Assembly (NCBI GenBank): GCA_030390025.1
Contig: CM059437.1
Location: forward strand, 30,196,001 to 30,260,000
From: Squalus acanthias
Lineage: Eukaryota
DNA: 64,000 nucleotides
Direction: 5' to 3'
The translations under genes were made by a program, and so were the position numbers. Of this stretch, positions 13,246 to 23,970 are shown piece by piece. Within the stretch, counting starts at the first letter, position 1. The number at the start of each line of letters is the position of its first letter. The notes under the pieces were generated by a model. The model searched no databases. It saw only the letters and a program-made list of their open reading frames with translations, and had not been told where the DNA came from.

Positions 13246-13934
13246 GTACCATACAAAATGTAGTGCACACTGTATGATATGCATGCAATATAATTTAAAT
13301 TGTATGTACTGGTAAACTAAACTACTATACGCTGCAATATCCACGCACAAACACTCGCACACACAAATACGTTTTCAAATTCTCTATCTATCTCAATCTA
13401 GCTATCTATTCATACCGATATGAATAGATGTCAGCATCCGTGTTGTTTTCTGAAGAAACTAAAGTCTCGGAAACTTGATTTATTTTTAATTTTTGGGCGG
13501 GGTGTTCACATTTTATCATTAGCTCTTAGACGTTCAAATAGTTTGTACTTTTATGGGTTATTCTGAGCGTTCCTCCGTTTAGTGAAAGGAAATGCGAGTA
13601 CTACATGGAACAGGATATCAGAAAATCTCGATGGTGTATTTTCAGATGAGGCGCACAGTGGCCCTGGACCAGAGGGACACGCCTGCGCCCAGCTGGGTAC
13701 TCATGGAAAGTTTGATGGTTTCATCACAAAGAATGTTTCTTTAAATTTAAATCGGAAATAAATATAAATAAGGTATTTGTATCGCACCTTTCACAACCTC
13801 CGATCCCAAAGTGCTTTACAGCCAACAAAGTACTTCTGAAGTGTAGTTACTGTTGTAATGTAGGGAAACGCAGCTGCCAATGTGTGCACAGCAAGCTCCC
13901 ACAAACAGCCGTGACCAAATAATGTTTTTAGTGA

Positions 13935-14551
13935 AACAACAACAGAAAACGCTGGAAAAACTCAGCAGGCCAGGCAGCATCCGTGGAGAGAGAAACAGAG
14001 TTAACGTTTCAGGTCGAAGACCTTTCATCAGAGCTGGAAAAAAGCAGGAAATGGAATAGATTTTAAAGCAAGTTTAGGGCTGGGAAAAGGGGGAGGGGAT
14101 GAAAGAACAAAAGGAAAGGTCAGTGATAGGATAGAAAGCAGGAGAGATTAAGAGACATTGAGAGACATTAAGAGATATTCAAGGCTGTCCTTCATTCTGC
14201 CAGCGCAATTCACACTTCATCTAGAGCCATCCTTTGTTCCTTAACCTGTCCCATTTCCACCTCCTCTTGCCTTGAATATCTCTTAATGTCTCTCAATGTC
14301 TCTTAATCTCTCCTGCTTTCTATCCTATCACTGACCTTTCCTTTTGTTCTTTCATCCCCTCCCCTTTTTCCCTAAACTTGCTTTAAAATCTATTTCATTT
14401 CCTGCTTTTTTCCAGTTCTGACGAAACGTCTTCAACCTGAAACGTTGACTCTGTTTCTCTCTCCACAGATGCTGCCTGGCCTGCTGAGTTTTTCCAGCGT
14501 TTTCTGTTGCTGTTTCGGATTTCCAGCATCCGCAGTATTTTGCTATCGTAT
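13935..14551. mobile_element. Non-autonomous Penelope-like element in inverted-repeat configuration, with hammerhead ribozyme motifs
   Basis: About 250-bp inverted arms (about 13935-14185 and 14268-14515). Each arm carries CTGANGA-A-stemII-GAAA-CGTT. Confidence 0.78.
13999..14035 (-). ncRNA. Minimal hammerhead ribozyme motif (PLE type)
   Basis: agct CTGATGA a AGGTC ttc GACCT GAAA CGTT aact: intact core, perfect 5-bp stem II, loopless palindromic stem III. Confidence 0.7.
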
Positions 14552-15179
14552 TAATGTTTTTTGTGATGTTGGTTGAGGGATAGATATTGGCTAGGACACC
14601 GGGGAGAACCTCCCCTGCTCTTCTTCCAATAGTGCCGTGGGATTTTTTACATCCACCTGAGAGGGCAGACGTTGTTTAACGTCTCATCCGAAAGATTGAG
14701 ATGAATGACCAGTGTGACTAAAGCAAAGCCTTTTTGCTGGTATTAGACTATCTGTTGGTTTCTTTATTGCTGCCATGGTGCAGCTTCCGGCTGTTTCTGC
14801 AGGGTGTTGGAATATACATTACAGTCTGTGCTGCAAAAACAGCTACTTCCTATGTTCAGAAGCATTGTATCAAAGAGATGTTTCTTAACACCTTGCTGTT
14901 TATGTGTCATTCTATTCATTTTGACACTTGGTCAGGTATGGATACACAGGCTGAGAGATTCTTTTGAACTCTACTGTAATGGCAGATGTACTTGTGTGGA
15001 CAAATATTCTTGCAAATTAACAGTCTGTGAATGGCTGATGTAATTACGAGCGATACAGTCATTTAATGCCCTTTGTTTAAATATAATCTTCAAAAGATGG
15101 TGAATGATATATCACAGACTGACTTTGCCTCAAGTCAGTCAGGGGTTTAATGCCAGCCAAAGAGATTGAGTTAGACCCA

Positions 15180-15405
15180 GCTAAAATTCTGATCCCTGTT
15201 TTCAAATCCCTCCGTGGCCTCGACCCTCCCTATATCTGTAATCTAATCTCCTCCTTTAAGACACTCGTTAAAACCTACCTCTTCACCTGTCTTAATATCT
15301 CCTTATGTGGCTTGGTGTCAAATTTTGTTTGATAACACTCGGGTGAAGTGACTTGGGACGGTTTACTTCGTTAAAGGCGCTATATAAATGCAAGTTGTTG
15401 TTGTA
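15180..15405 (+). mobile_element. Internally deleted L2 3' fragment
   Basis: FKSLRGL.PPY and the L2 tail, followed by C17. Confidence 0.75.
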
Positions 15406-15615
15406 ACACCCCCCCCCCCCCCCCCATGTGTGGCGTCCTGATCTTAGCTGTGCTGTCATAGGTGGGTGCTGAGCCAACACAAAGCCAGATACTTTTCCCA
15501 CATGTGGAAGTGAGTCTCTTCATCCCTGCCCTCCTGACCACCTCTTACAGAGGGGGACAGACAGGTCCGCTCAGCCCGAGACCTTACGCGTGACGGATTG
15601 TGATCTCAGAGAGGT

Positions 15616-15649
<34 letters not shown>

Positions 15650-15654
15650 GGGGG
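15616..15654 (+). repeat. Poly-G tract (G33-A-G5)
   Basis: Read directly from the sequence. Confidence 0.9.
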
Positions 15655-16414
15655 AGAAAAATAACAGGATACCTGACAGAATGTATTAAGAAAACAAAAA
15701 CAATTGTGGTTTGAAAAAAATTGCTGAGTTCAATCTTTTGAAACCGCAGCCATTTGCGACAGCTATTGTACGGAAACAATTAGTGAAAATAAGTCACATT
15801 TAACATAGGCAGGCTCCGCTATGAGGGCAAAAGTCATGGCACTTGTGCTGAATATGGTGTGAGGTAATAAATATGTACCATTTACAATGCGTTTGTATTA
15901 TTGCATTCTTTGAATAAGCTATTATTTCTTTTTAAAAAATGCTGGATTGCAGACAGAATTAATCCTTTGAGGGCTGCAGAAGCATTACTGGATAATAAAA
16001 AGAAATAGTGTTGATGATTTCGCAATAGATGATGCTGACCTAATAGCTCATCAGGGGTTTGTGGTCAACCTTGCGCTTGCAGATATTTATCGTATCACCT
16101 GCACACGACACTTTCTAGTTATAACACTCTCCGTCTTATTTTCTATTACTATGCTTTGTTTTCAAGAGTTCTTGAGTCTTATCACGGTGTGAAATGTTGG
16201 AGAATGGAACACTGTCCATTTCAAATAAAAGAAAACGTCCATGTTCCTCAGACCTGCTCCATAAACATTCCCCTGTTCCTGGGACTTTTTCAATGCAAAA
16301 ACTGTGGCACTTGTACGCATTGCAAGTGTGGTGTAGTTCCGAGGGATTTGGCATGGGACGTCAAGTCACGCCAGGTCACTTTGCCCTGATAATGACGGGT
16401 ATTCACATAGTATT

Positions 16415-17172
16415 TAAGAACATAAGAACATAAGAAATAGGAGCAGGAGTAGGCCATTCGGCCCATCGAGCCTGCTTCGCCATTCAATGAGATCATGGCT
16501 GATCTTCTACCATTCACCGGCCTTATCACCATATCCCTTGATGCCCTTACTAGTCAGAAATCTATTGACTTCTGTTTTGAATATACCCAATGACTGCGCA
16601 TCCACAGCCCTCTGGGGTAGAAAATCCCAAAGATTCACCACCCTCTGTGTGAAGAAATTTCTTCTCATCTCAGTCCTGAATAGCCTACCCTTTATCCTGA
16701 GGCTGTGGCCCCTGGTTCTAGACTCCCCAGCCAAGGGAAACATTCTCCCAGCATCCACCCTATCAAGCCCTGTAATAATTTTGTATGCTTCAATGAGATC
16801 CCCTCTCATTCTTCTGAATTCAAGAGAATACAGGCCTAGTTTACTCAATCTCTTCTCATACGACAGTCCCGCCATCCCAGGAATCAATCTCGTGAACCTT
16901 CGTTGCACTCCCTCTATGGCAAGTATATCCTTCCTTAGGTAAGGAGACCAAAATTGTACACAGTACTCCAGGTGTGGTCTCACCAAGGCCCTATATAATT
17001 GGAGTAAGACTTCTTTACTCCTGTACTCAAATCCTCTTGTAATGAAGGCCAGCGTACCATTTGCCTTCCTAATGGCTTGCTGCACCTGCACATTCACTTT
17101 CAGTGACTCTTGTATAAGGACACCCAGGACCCTTTGAGCATCTGCATTCCCCAATCTTTCACCATTTAGGAA
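16415..17172 (-). mobile_element. 5'-truncated CR1 LINE, ORF 16507-17154
   Basis: CR1 C-terminal motifs and cataagaa tail repeats. Confidence 0.95.
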
Positions 17173-17433
17173 GTAGTACTAGTTTTCTGATAACTCTAGG
17201 TCTGGTCAGCTGATAGCCATCAAAATATTGAACCTCAGCACAAGATTTTGCAAATATGTCAGTGAGATTACCCAGGCTTAGGCAGTACATTGTATCATAC
17301 CGAGTGGCTTAGAGTTCAAAATGAGGCATTTTTCTATCATTTTTGATACCTATTTTTGGTTTATGAAGTCATGGAAACCTGGTGAGGAAATAATTCACTG
17401 AAGCTGACATTCATCCAAGTAATAAAGGACAAA

Positions 17434-18294
17434 GGCCGGAATTTTCTGCAGGTAGGTGGGTTGGGGGCGGGGGGCCTCCGAGGTGGATGGGAAACCCGGG
17501 AGGCTGGGTTTCCTGCAGGTCCAGCCGACATTAACCAGCAGGGCCTGATTTGCGTGTGAGGCCTCGGTTTCCCACCCGCCGCCAGCCAGCTTGTGAGTCA
17601 GGCTGGCTGCGGGCGGGTAGGCCTGCAGATTCAGAGAGGGAGCGAGGGCTCGGTTCGGGGATCGGCAGCGGGGGGCGCGGTGGGAGGGGGGGAGGGGGGG
17701 AGGATTGGGGATCGCGGCAGGGTGGGGGGGGAGGTCGGCTGGAGGTTCGGGGATCGCCGGGTGTGGGAGGTCAGAGGATTGGCGGGGGGGGCGGGGGTCG
17801 GCCGGGGATCAGCGGGGGGTGGGGGGGGGGGTGGGAGAGAGAGGATCGGGGCCGGCCACCGGAGGATTGTGGCTGACCTCAGCATCATCGGTGGGGTGGG
17901 GGGAGGCCTCATGGTGGGGATCGGAGGCCTGGGAAGGCGATCGAAGGCCTCGCGAGGGGGTCTCCGATCGCGGGGAGTGGGTTAGGTAGAAACCCTGAAT
18001 CCAGGAGGTGGGTATAAAGCCACTTACCTCCTGGATGCAGCAGTCCCTGCCTCTGTTTAACTGCCAGGTTTCAGGAATTGTGTGAAACCCGTCCACAGGC
18101 AGTTAAATTCAAAATGGAGGGGAAGAAAGAGGCTTCCAGCCTCATTATATTTAAATTAACATCCCGCCACCCGTCCCCGTTAAAACCTGAAGTGGGCAGG
18201 TTGGAGGCGGGATCAGGGCAGGAATCCCATTTTTAACAATTTAACTGCCCCGCGCTCCAAACCCACCTGTCTTTTTTCGGAGAAAATTCCGGCC
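17434..18294. mobile_element. GC-rich MITE, probably PIF/Harbinger-related
   Basis: Perfect 13-bp TIR GGCCGGAATTTTC / GAAAATTCCGGCC; no clear TSD. Confidence 0.75.
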
Positions 18295-18727
18295 ATCAGC
18301 ATCAAACGCTCCCAGGTCAGGCACAGAATGGGTTACATACAGAGTAAAACTCCCTTTACACTGCCCCAACAAGCACTCCCAGGTTAGGTACAGCATTGGT
18401 TAGATGCAGAGCAATGCTCCATCTACACTGGCCCAACAATTTGCCCCAGCCCCCATCTCAGAAGAGCAGTGTCAGCAGTGTGACATTTTCTATCCCAACC
18501 GTCACATAAGAAACTTTGAGTGAGATTACCATTTTGTGCCTATTTAGTGGTGTTCATTTGTGCAGTAGACCAATGCACACTAGGAAATGGCCTCAGACTC
18601 CCCAATCTCATTTCATGTGGGATCCTTACAGCCAGCCAATAGGGAAGACTTTTATCTCATTAGTCTGAGCTAAATTTGAGCCTCAGTCCCACAGGTGAAA
18701 GGTCTAGTCTGCACCACCTAGTCACCC
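18295..18727 (-). mobile_element. LF-SINE-like element
   Basis: Minus strand has collinear blocks cctttcacct, atgaaatgag.ttgg, ttcctagtg, cacaaa..caccac, aa.aggcac and gcagtgt...tgctgtacct, matching the LF-SINE consensus as recalled. Confidence 0.65.
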
Positions 18728-19394
18728 ACTGTATGTTTATTAATACTTGCAGCATATTTACAACTAACATTTTTAATAACATTTTATCTCTATAATATCA
18801 AACCAATGGAAATAATGATTTCCATTTCCACTGGTAGTTGTCCACACATACGTTCTAAATAATGATGATACCTCTCAGATACACTCTGTGTTTTTCCAAA
18901 AGGTTTCCCCATCAATCTATAGAACAAATGCAAAGTAGACAGGAAGTGCGACGGTGCAGTTAGCATACTGTCCCTTTAACTCTAAAAAAAAATCTAGGTG
19001 TGAAACTAGACCAGACAGAGGGGACAAAAATGAGTCTGGGCACTTTCAAGTAGTTGCACAATTGCATGTAATATGGTATAAATTGACACTAAATTAGTAA
19101 CCTCACACAGATAGTGGTGTGAGAAAATGGAAATGTCACACTGGTGTAATGCTGCTGTAGTGAGGGTGAGTTTAAGAGATGTAGGGACCGGAATTCCTCT
19201 GCTCACTATGTATAGCAACATCGGAAACGTGTTTGTGAAGATCTCTCTGTTCACTATTTTAGACCAAAGTGTAAATGTTCGCGATTTCACTGGAAATACT
19301 GAATAGAAGAAATCTTCATGCGAGAAAGAGAGAAATTAACTTGCCGTTATAAAGTGCCTGATAAGAAAGAAGGAAAGGAGGAAAGAAAGAAAGA

Positions 19395-19822
19395 AAGAAA
19401 GAAAGACAGACAGACTTGCATTTACGTAGCACCTTTTACGACTACAGGATGTCCCCATGCACTTTACAGCCAAGGAAGTACTTTTGAACAGTTGAAGGAA
19501 GAGCAGTGCATGTTTCAGAAGCATTCCCAAATGCTTCAAGTAAAATACTTATTAATAATGCAGTCACAAACAGCAATGAGATGAATGACTGGTTAATCTG
19601 TTTTTGAATGGTGTTGGTTCATGGAGGAATGTCCACCTGAACAGGAAGGCAGGGCCTCCATTTCATGTTTCATCTGAAGGACAGCATCTCAAACAATGCA
19701 GCACTCCTTCCGTACTGCATTGAAGTGCCAGGCTGGATTATACACTCAACAGCTGCAATGGGGCTTGAACCTAGAAACTACTGCCTCAGAAACAGGAGCG
19801 TTAATGGCTGAGCTAAGCTGAC
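19395..19822 (-). mobile_element. Diverged DeuSINE with a (GAAA)n tail microsatellite
   Basis: Tail, partial Deu core and tRNA head. Confidence 0.75.
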
Positions 19823-20192
19823 ATTTGAATAATGGTGACGTTGTTAAGCATCGTGGCCAGAGCAATTCTTAGCCAATTGTTGGAGTGGAGTAGAGGAACT
19901 TTACTCTGCATCTTCCCCATGCTGTATCTGACCTACAAGTGCTCGATGGGCCCACAAGTAGAAAAGAGTTCCATTCTCCAGCACTCACAACCCTTGCCTA
20001 AACAAGTACAAAATCACCAATCCTGTAGATAACACGTAACACTCTGTGCCATCAGCTTTATGTGGCCAGGCTCTTCCTCCATTCTCCTATACGCAAAGTA
20101 TCTGAAGCACATTTTCTTACTTTCTTGTGTACAGGAGCACTCTAAATGGTACGAAAATAATCGAAGGCCCCCTCTCCACCCACTGAAGCTCA

Positions 20193-21904
20193 GGCCGAGA
20201 TTTTCCGGGGGGGTCAGCGGGCACCATCAGTGGCGAGTTGGGTGGAAAAGTGTTTTTTTCCCCCAGCGGGTCGGGATCACACTGTGAACCCGCCGTCATG
20301 CGCCTTTCCCCAGTGTCGGGTCTGTCAGCGCTGAACAGACCCGATCTGCAGCGGCGGGGGACCCAATTCAGGTAATTATGATGTTGTTTAGAAATCATTA
20401 AGAATACATTTAAGCTCACCGTTTGATTTTACGTGCTCGCCCATGGGGTCCTCGCTGCTCGGGGATCACGTCTGTTAAGCTGAGGCGGGAGATGAATGGC
20501 CATTGAATCAGCTGATGAGTTGACAGCTTCAAATGTAAAGTAAAAGCTCCCACCTTACAGAGATATCTTCCCTCAGCCACAAGCTCTTCCTCACTGCATT
20601 TCCACAACAGATTCACCATGCTGCAAGTCTTTACACAAGTCTCCATCCAATGTGACCTTATTACCTCTCTCACCATTGACAGATCACTTCTGTCATCTCA
20701 ACTTCACCTGCCATCTATTCCATCAGCATGGGTGCCCTTTCTACTCTCTCACCTTGGTCCTCAGAATCCCACCACGATCAGCCCCAACACCAGCAGCACC
20801 AGGCACACCAGCAGCTCCAACAACAACACCAACCTTCTCCACAATCAACTGATGCTGCACAGGACAGAGGGTATCAGCACCCGACCACATTGCTGCCCGG
20901 GAGGCCAGAGATGGCCTCTCCATGGCCAGATTTACTTCACTTGACGCTGTACACCCTGGCTGCCACATGATGTGCCAGGTTGGCACCACCCCACACCAAC
21001 ACCATAAAGCATCCCTACAATGCCCAAGCCATTCCTTTCACACAGATCACCATTGCGGGGGGTACTGTTATGTCTCACCATTCACTGCAACTCACTAAGC
21101 CATTTCCAAAGGTGCACACAAACCTGTCCAAGAACGCAAAGTGTTGAAAATAAAGGTTTCAATGTGAGTACCCTTGTGTGTTGTTAGTTGGTATGATTGG
21201 ACTAGGATGAGGGTGAGAGTGAGGGGTGGCTAGTGAGATGGAGAAGTGATAATATAGATAGAGAGGGATGGGTGAAGGTGCAAGGTAAGTTGGTGTGAGT
21301 AAGGATGTGCAGGAGTAGGGTAGCGAAGGCAGAGTGATGGGGATGTGATGAGAGGCACAGCAGGATGAGGTTGAGTGTGGCTTTGCAGTAAAGTTTCGTG
21401 ATCTACTGAGATCATTGAAATGTTTGCAGCACTGCACCCAGGTCCTCCTGACCACATCCCTGCTTGTGTCCTCCTCTGCAATGTGCAACCAGGCTGTGTT
21501 GATCTCCTGGGGAGGTCTCTTCCGCCCATGGGAAGGGAAGAGGACCTCCCTGCGTGCTGTGACTCCCTCCATAAGCATAATCATGGGAGAGCCTAGGTGC
21601 AGCCCTGCACCTCTGTGCAGTCATTGTCAGTGTTTGTAGCACTTCAATGATGTAGAACACGGACAGCACAGATGTCAAAATAAATTCGGACATTGTCCCT
21701 TTAAAGAAACCAGCTGATGACGCGTCATCAAATGACGTCACCAGACCCGCTTCCTCTAATTGGCCAGGTAACACGCTGGGCGGGCTTAACAAGCCCAAAC
21801 AGGGTAAATTAATTTCAGACAGCGGGATGGAGCCAGCAGCGGGGTCGGGACCCGCCACCGGCGTCGCCCACCACGGACCCGCCGAGGTCAGCAAAATCGC
21901 GGCC
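20193..21904. mobile_element. PIF/Harbinger deletion derivative with a Myb/SANT-like ORF remnant
   Basis: TIR GGCCG(A/C)GATTTT and 3-bp TSD TCA (20190-92, 21905-07). Confidence 0.85.
21395..21625 (-). pseudogene. Frameshifted Harbinger Myb/SANT-like DNA-binding domain
   Basis: AQRCRAAPRLS, frameshift, then LMEGVTARREVLFPSHGRKRP...AWLHIAEE...RRTWVQCCKHFNDL, with the W/RT/KxFND pattern typical of this domain. Confidence 0.8.
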
Positions 21905-22299
21905 TCAGCAACGGTTAATGGAAACAGCGGCAGACTTACTTCATACCGCTTTCCGTTCACGTTGACTGTAGCCATATAACTAACAGGAAGCAGCATTGCG
22001 CTGGACCAAAGGCCTGAGTAAGCACGCACTCATCACCCCATTTAAACACCGGGCTGCAACTTCTCTGCAAGCAGCCTCATGTTAGTATTTATAGATAAGA
22101 ATACAGAGGAAATCTTTCTTTAGAAAATTGAATGCAAAGATCAAAGGGCTAGTGTAACTGACAGGAGACGGGGGGCGGGGGGGGGGGGGGCCCACGCCTC
22201 TGCTGGATTCCTTCAATCAAAGTTTGGGCTTTCTAGAAACTCTACACAATATGAAATCATATGCTTATCCCAAAAAGTGTCATTCTGTTCTTCAACACA

Positions 22300-22716
22300 G
22301 CAATAGACTAGGCTTGTATTCCCTTGAGTATAGAAGATTAAAGGGGTGATCTAATTGCGGTGTTTAAGATGATTAAAGGATTTGACAGGGTTGATAGAGA
22401 GAAACTATTTCCTCTGGTGGGGGGAGTCCAGAACAAGGGAGCATCATCTTAAAATTAGAGCCAGGCCGTTCAAGGGTGATGTCAGGAAGCACTTCTTCAC
22501 ACAAAGGGTACTGGAAATCTGTAACTCTCTCCCCCAAAAAGCTATTGAGGCTAGGTCAATTGAAAATTTCAAAACTGAGATTGATAGATTTTTGTTAGGC
22601 AAGGGTATTAAGGGATATGGAACCAAGGCATGTAAATGGAGTTGAGCTACAGATCAGCCAGGACTAATTGAATGGCGGAACAGGCTTGAGGGGTTGAATG
22701 GCCTGCTCCTGTTCCT
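22300..22716 (+). mobile_element. CR1 3' fragment
   Basis: RKHFFTQRV..ICNSLPQK...KGIKGYG. Confidence 0.88.
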
Positions 22717-22929
22717 AATAACTTTCCCACAGAAGATTAAATGGGTGGGGTAACATCTGAATCATTGTCTTAATGTGTGGAGTGCGACTCACTCATTTTG
22801 CCGTACTAGTTTTAACCTATTTTGATCATACAGATGAGGGAGGCAACTCAGTCCATCTTCGCTCATCCATCCGAAAATGAATAAAAGAAAGTTTCTCCCC
22901 CCCTTTAATTTATCTGAGTGACTCTTGAA

Positions 22930-23547
22930 TGAGTCTAGAACTAGGGGTCACTGTTTTAAAATAAGGGGTCGCCCATTTAAACATAGAAACATAGAAACAT
23001 AGAAACATAGAAACATAGAATCTAGGAGCAGGAGTAGGCCATTCGGCCCATCGAGCCTGCTCCGCCATTCAATACGATCATGGCTGATCATCCAAATCCA
23101 GTACCCTATCCCTGCTTTAATCCCCACAGTACACATATCCCACCCTACCCCCGTAACCCCACGTATTTAATTCCCCCTAACATATCCTATCCTATCCCCA
23201 TAACCCCACATATTTAATCCCCCCTAACACTAAGGGTCAATTTATCATAGCCAAATCAACCTAACCCACACATTTTTGGACACATTTAAGACAGAGATGA
23301 GGAGAATTTTTTTCTCACAGAGGGTCGTGAGTCTTTGGACCTCTCTTCCTCGGAGGGCGGTGGAAGCAGAGTCTTTGAATATTTTTAAGGCAGAGGTAGA
23401 TAGATTCTTGGTAAGCAAGGGGGTGAAAGTTATTGGGGGTAGGCGGGAATGTGGAGTAATCGGATCAGCCATGATCTTATTGAATGGCGGAGCAGGCTCG
23501 AAGGGCCGAGTGGCCGACTCCTGCTCCTAATTCGTATGTTCGTATGT
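22930..23547 (+). mobile_element. CR1 3' fragment interrupted by an HE1 SINE
   Basis: CR1 at 22930-22980 and 23283-23547. Confidence 0.85.
22981..23282 (-). mobile_element. 5'-truncated HE1-type V-SINE
   Basis: Near-identical to the 3' half of 31790-32214; TSD CATTTAA. Confidence 0.85.
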
Positions 23548-23838
23548 TAGCTTTTTGTCTCCACTACCCTCACCCAGAGACCTTTCCAAGTGTTGATTGC
23601 TCTTTGTGTGAAGAAGTTCGTTCAGGACAGCCCACTTTCAGGGATGTTAACATATGCAAGGGACCTAAAGCCTGTTTTAGGCAGCCACCAGGGATGCCTG
23701 AAAAAAATCGCCCGACCCACAGCCCCGTCAAATTGGTCCTTTATGCCCCTGTTTTCTGCATGGAAAATGATTGCAAGGAGGTCTGATTTCGACCCCACCA
23801 TTTTTAATAATTCTCTAACCAGCAGTGTATAATCCGTT

Positions 23839-23970
23839 ACGATAGCAAAATACTGCGGATGCTGGAAATCTGAAATAACAACAGAAAACGCTGGAAAAAC
23901 TCAGCAGGCCAGGCAGCATCCGTGGAGAGAGAAAGAGAGTTAACGTTTCAGGTCGATGACCTTTCGTCAG
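23839..23970 (-). mobile_element. Short Penelope-type insertion beginning at a hammerhead core
   Basis: Minus strand CTGACGAaAGGTCatcGACCTGAAACGTTaact; 8-bp TSD AATCCGTT (23831-38, 23971-78). Confidence 0.78.

Larger units (their letters stand above)
13770..14695 (-). mobile_element. DeuSINE split by a Penelope-type insertion
   Basis: Tail at about 13770-13934, Deu core at 14552-14695; 15-bp duplication taatgttttt(a/t)gtga. Confidence 0.82.

Noticed and set aside
17550..18096. Overlapping Gly/Pro-rich ORFs
   Set aside because: They arise from stop-poor GC-rich sequence inside a TIR-bounded MITE and show no recognisable domain. The same applies to 26471-27171 and 60586-60850.
21940..22013. 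Minus-strand candidate exon ending MATVNVNGKRYE|gtaagt
   Set aside because: Good donor but weak acceptor, a stop in the frame that would continue TBKBP1, and no recognisable homology.
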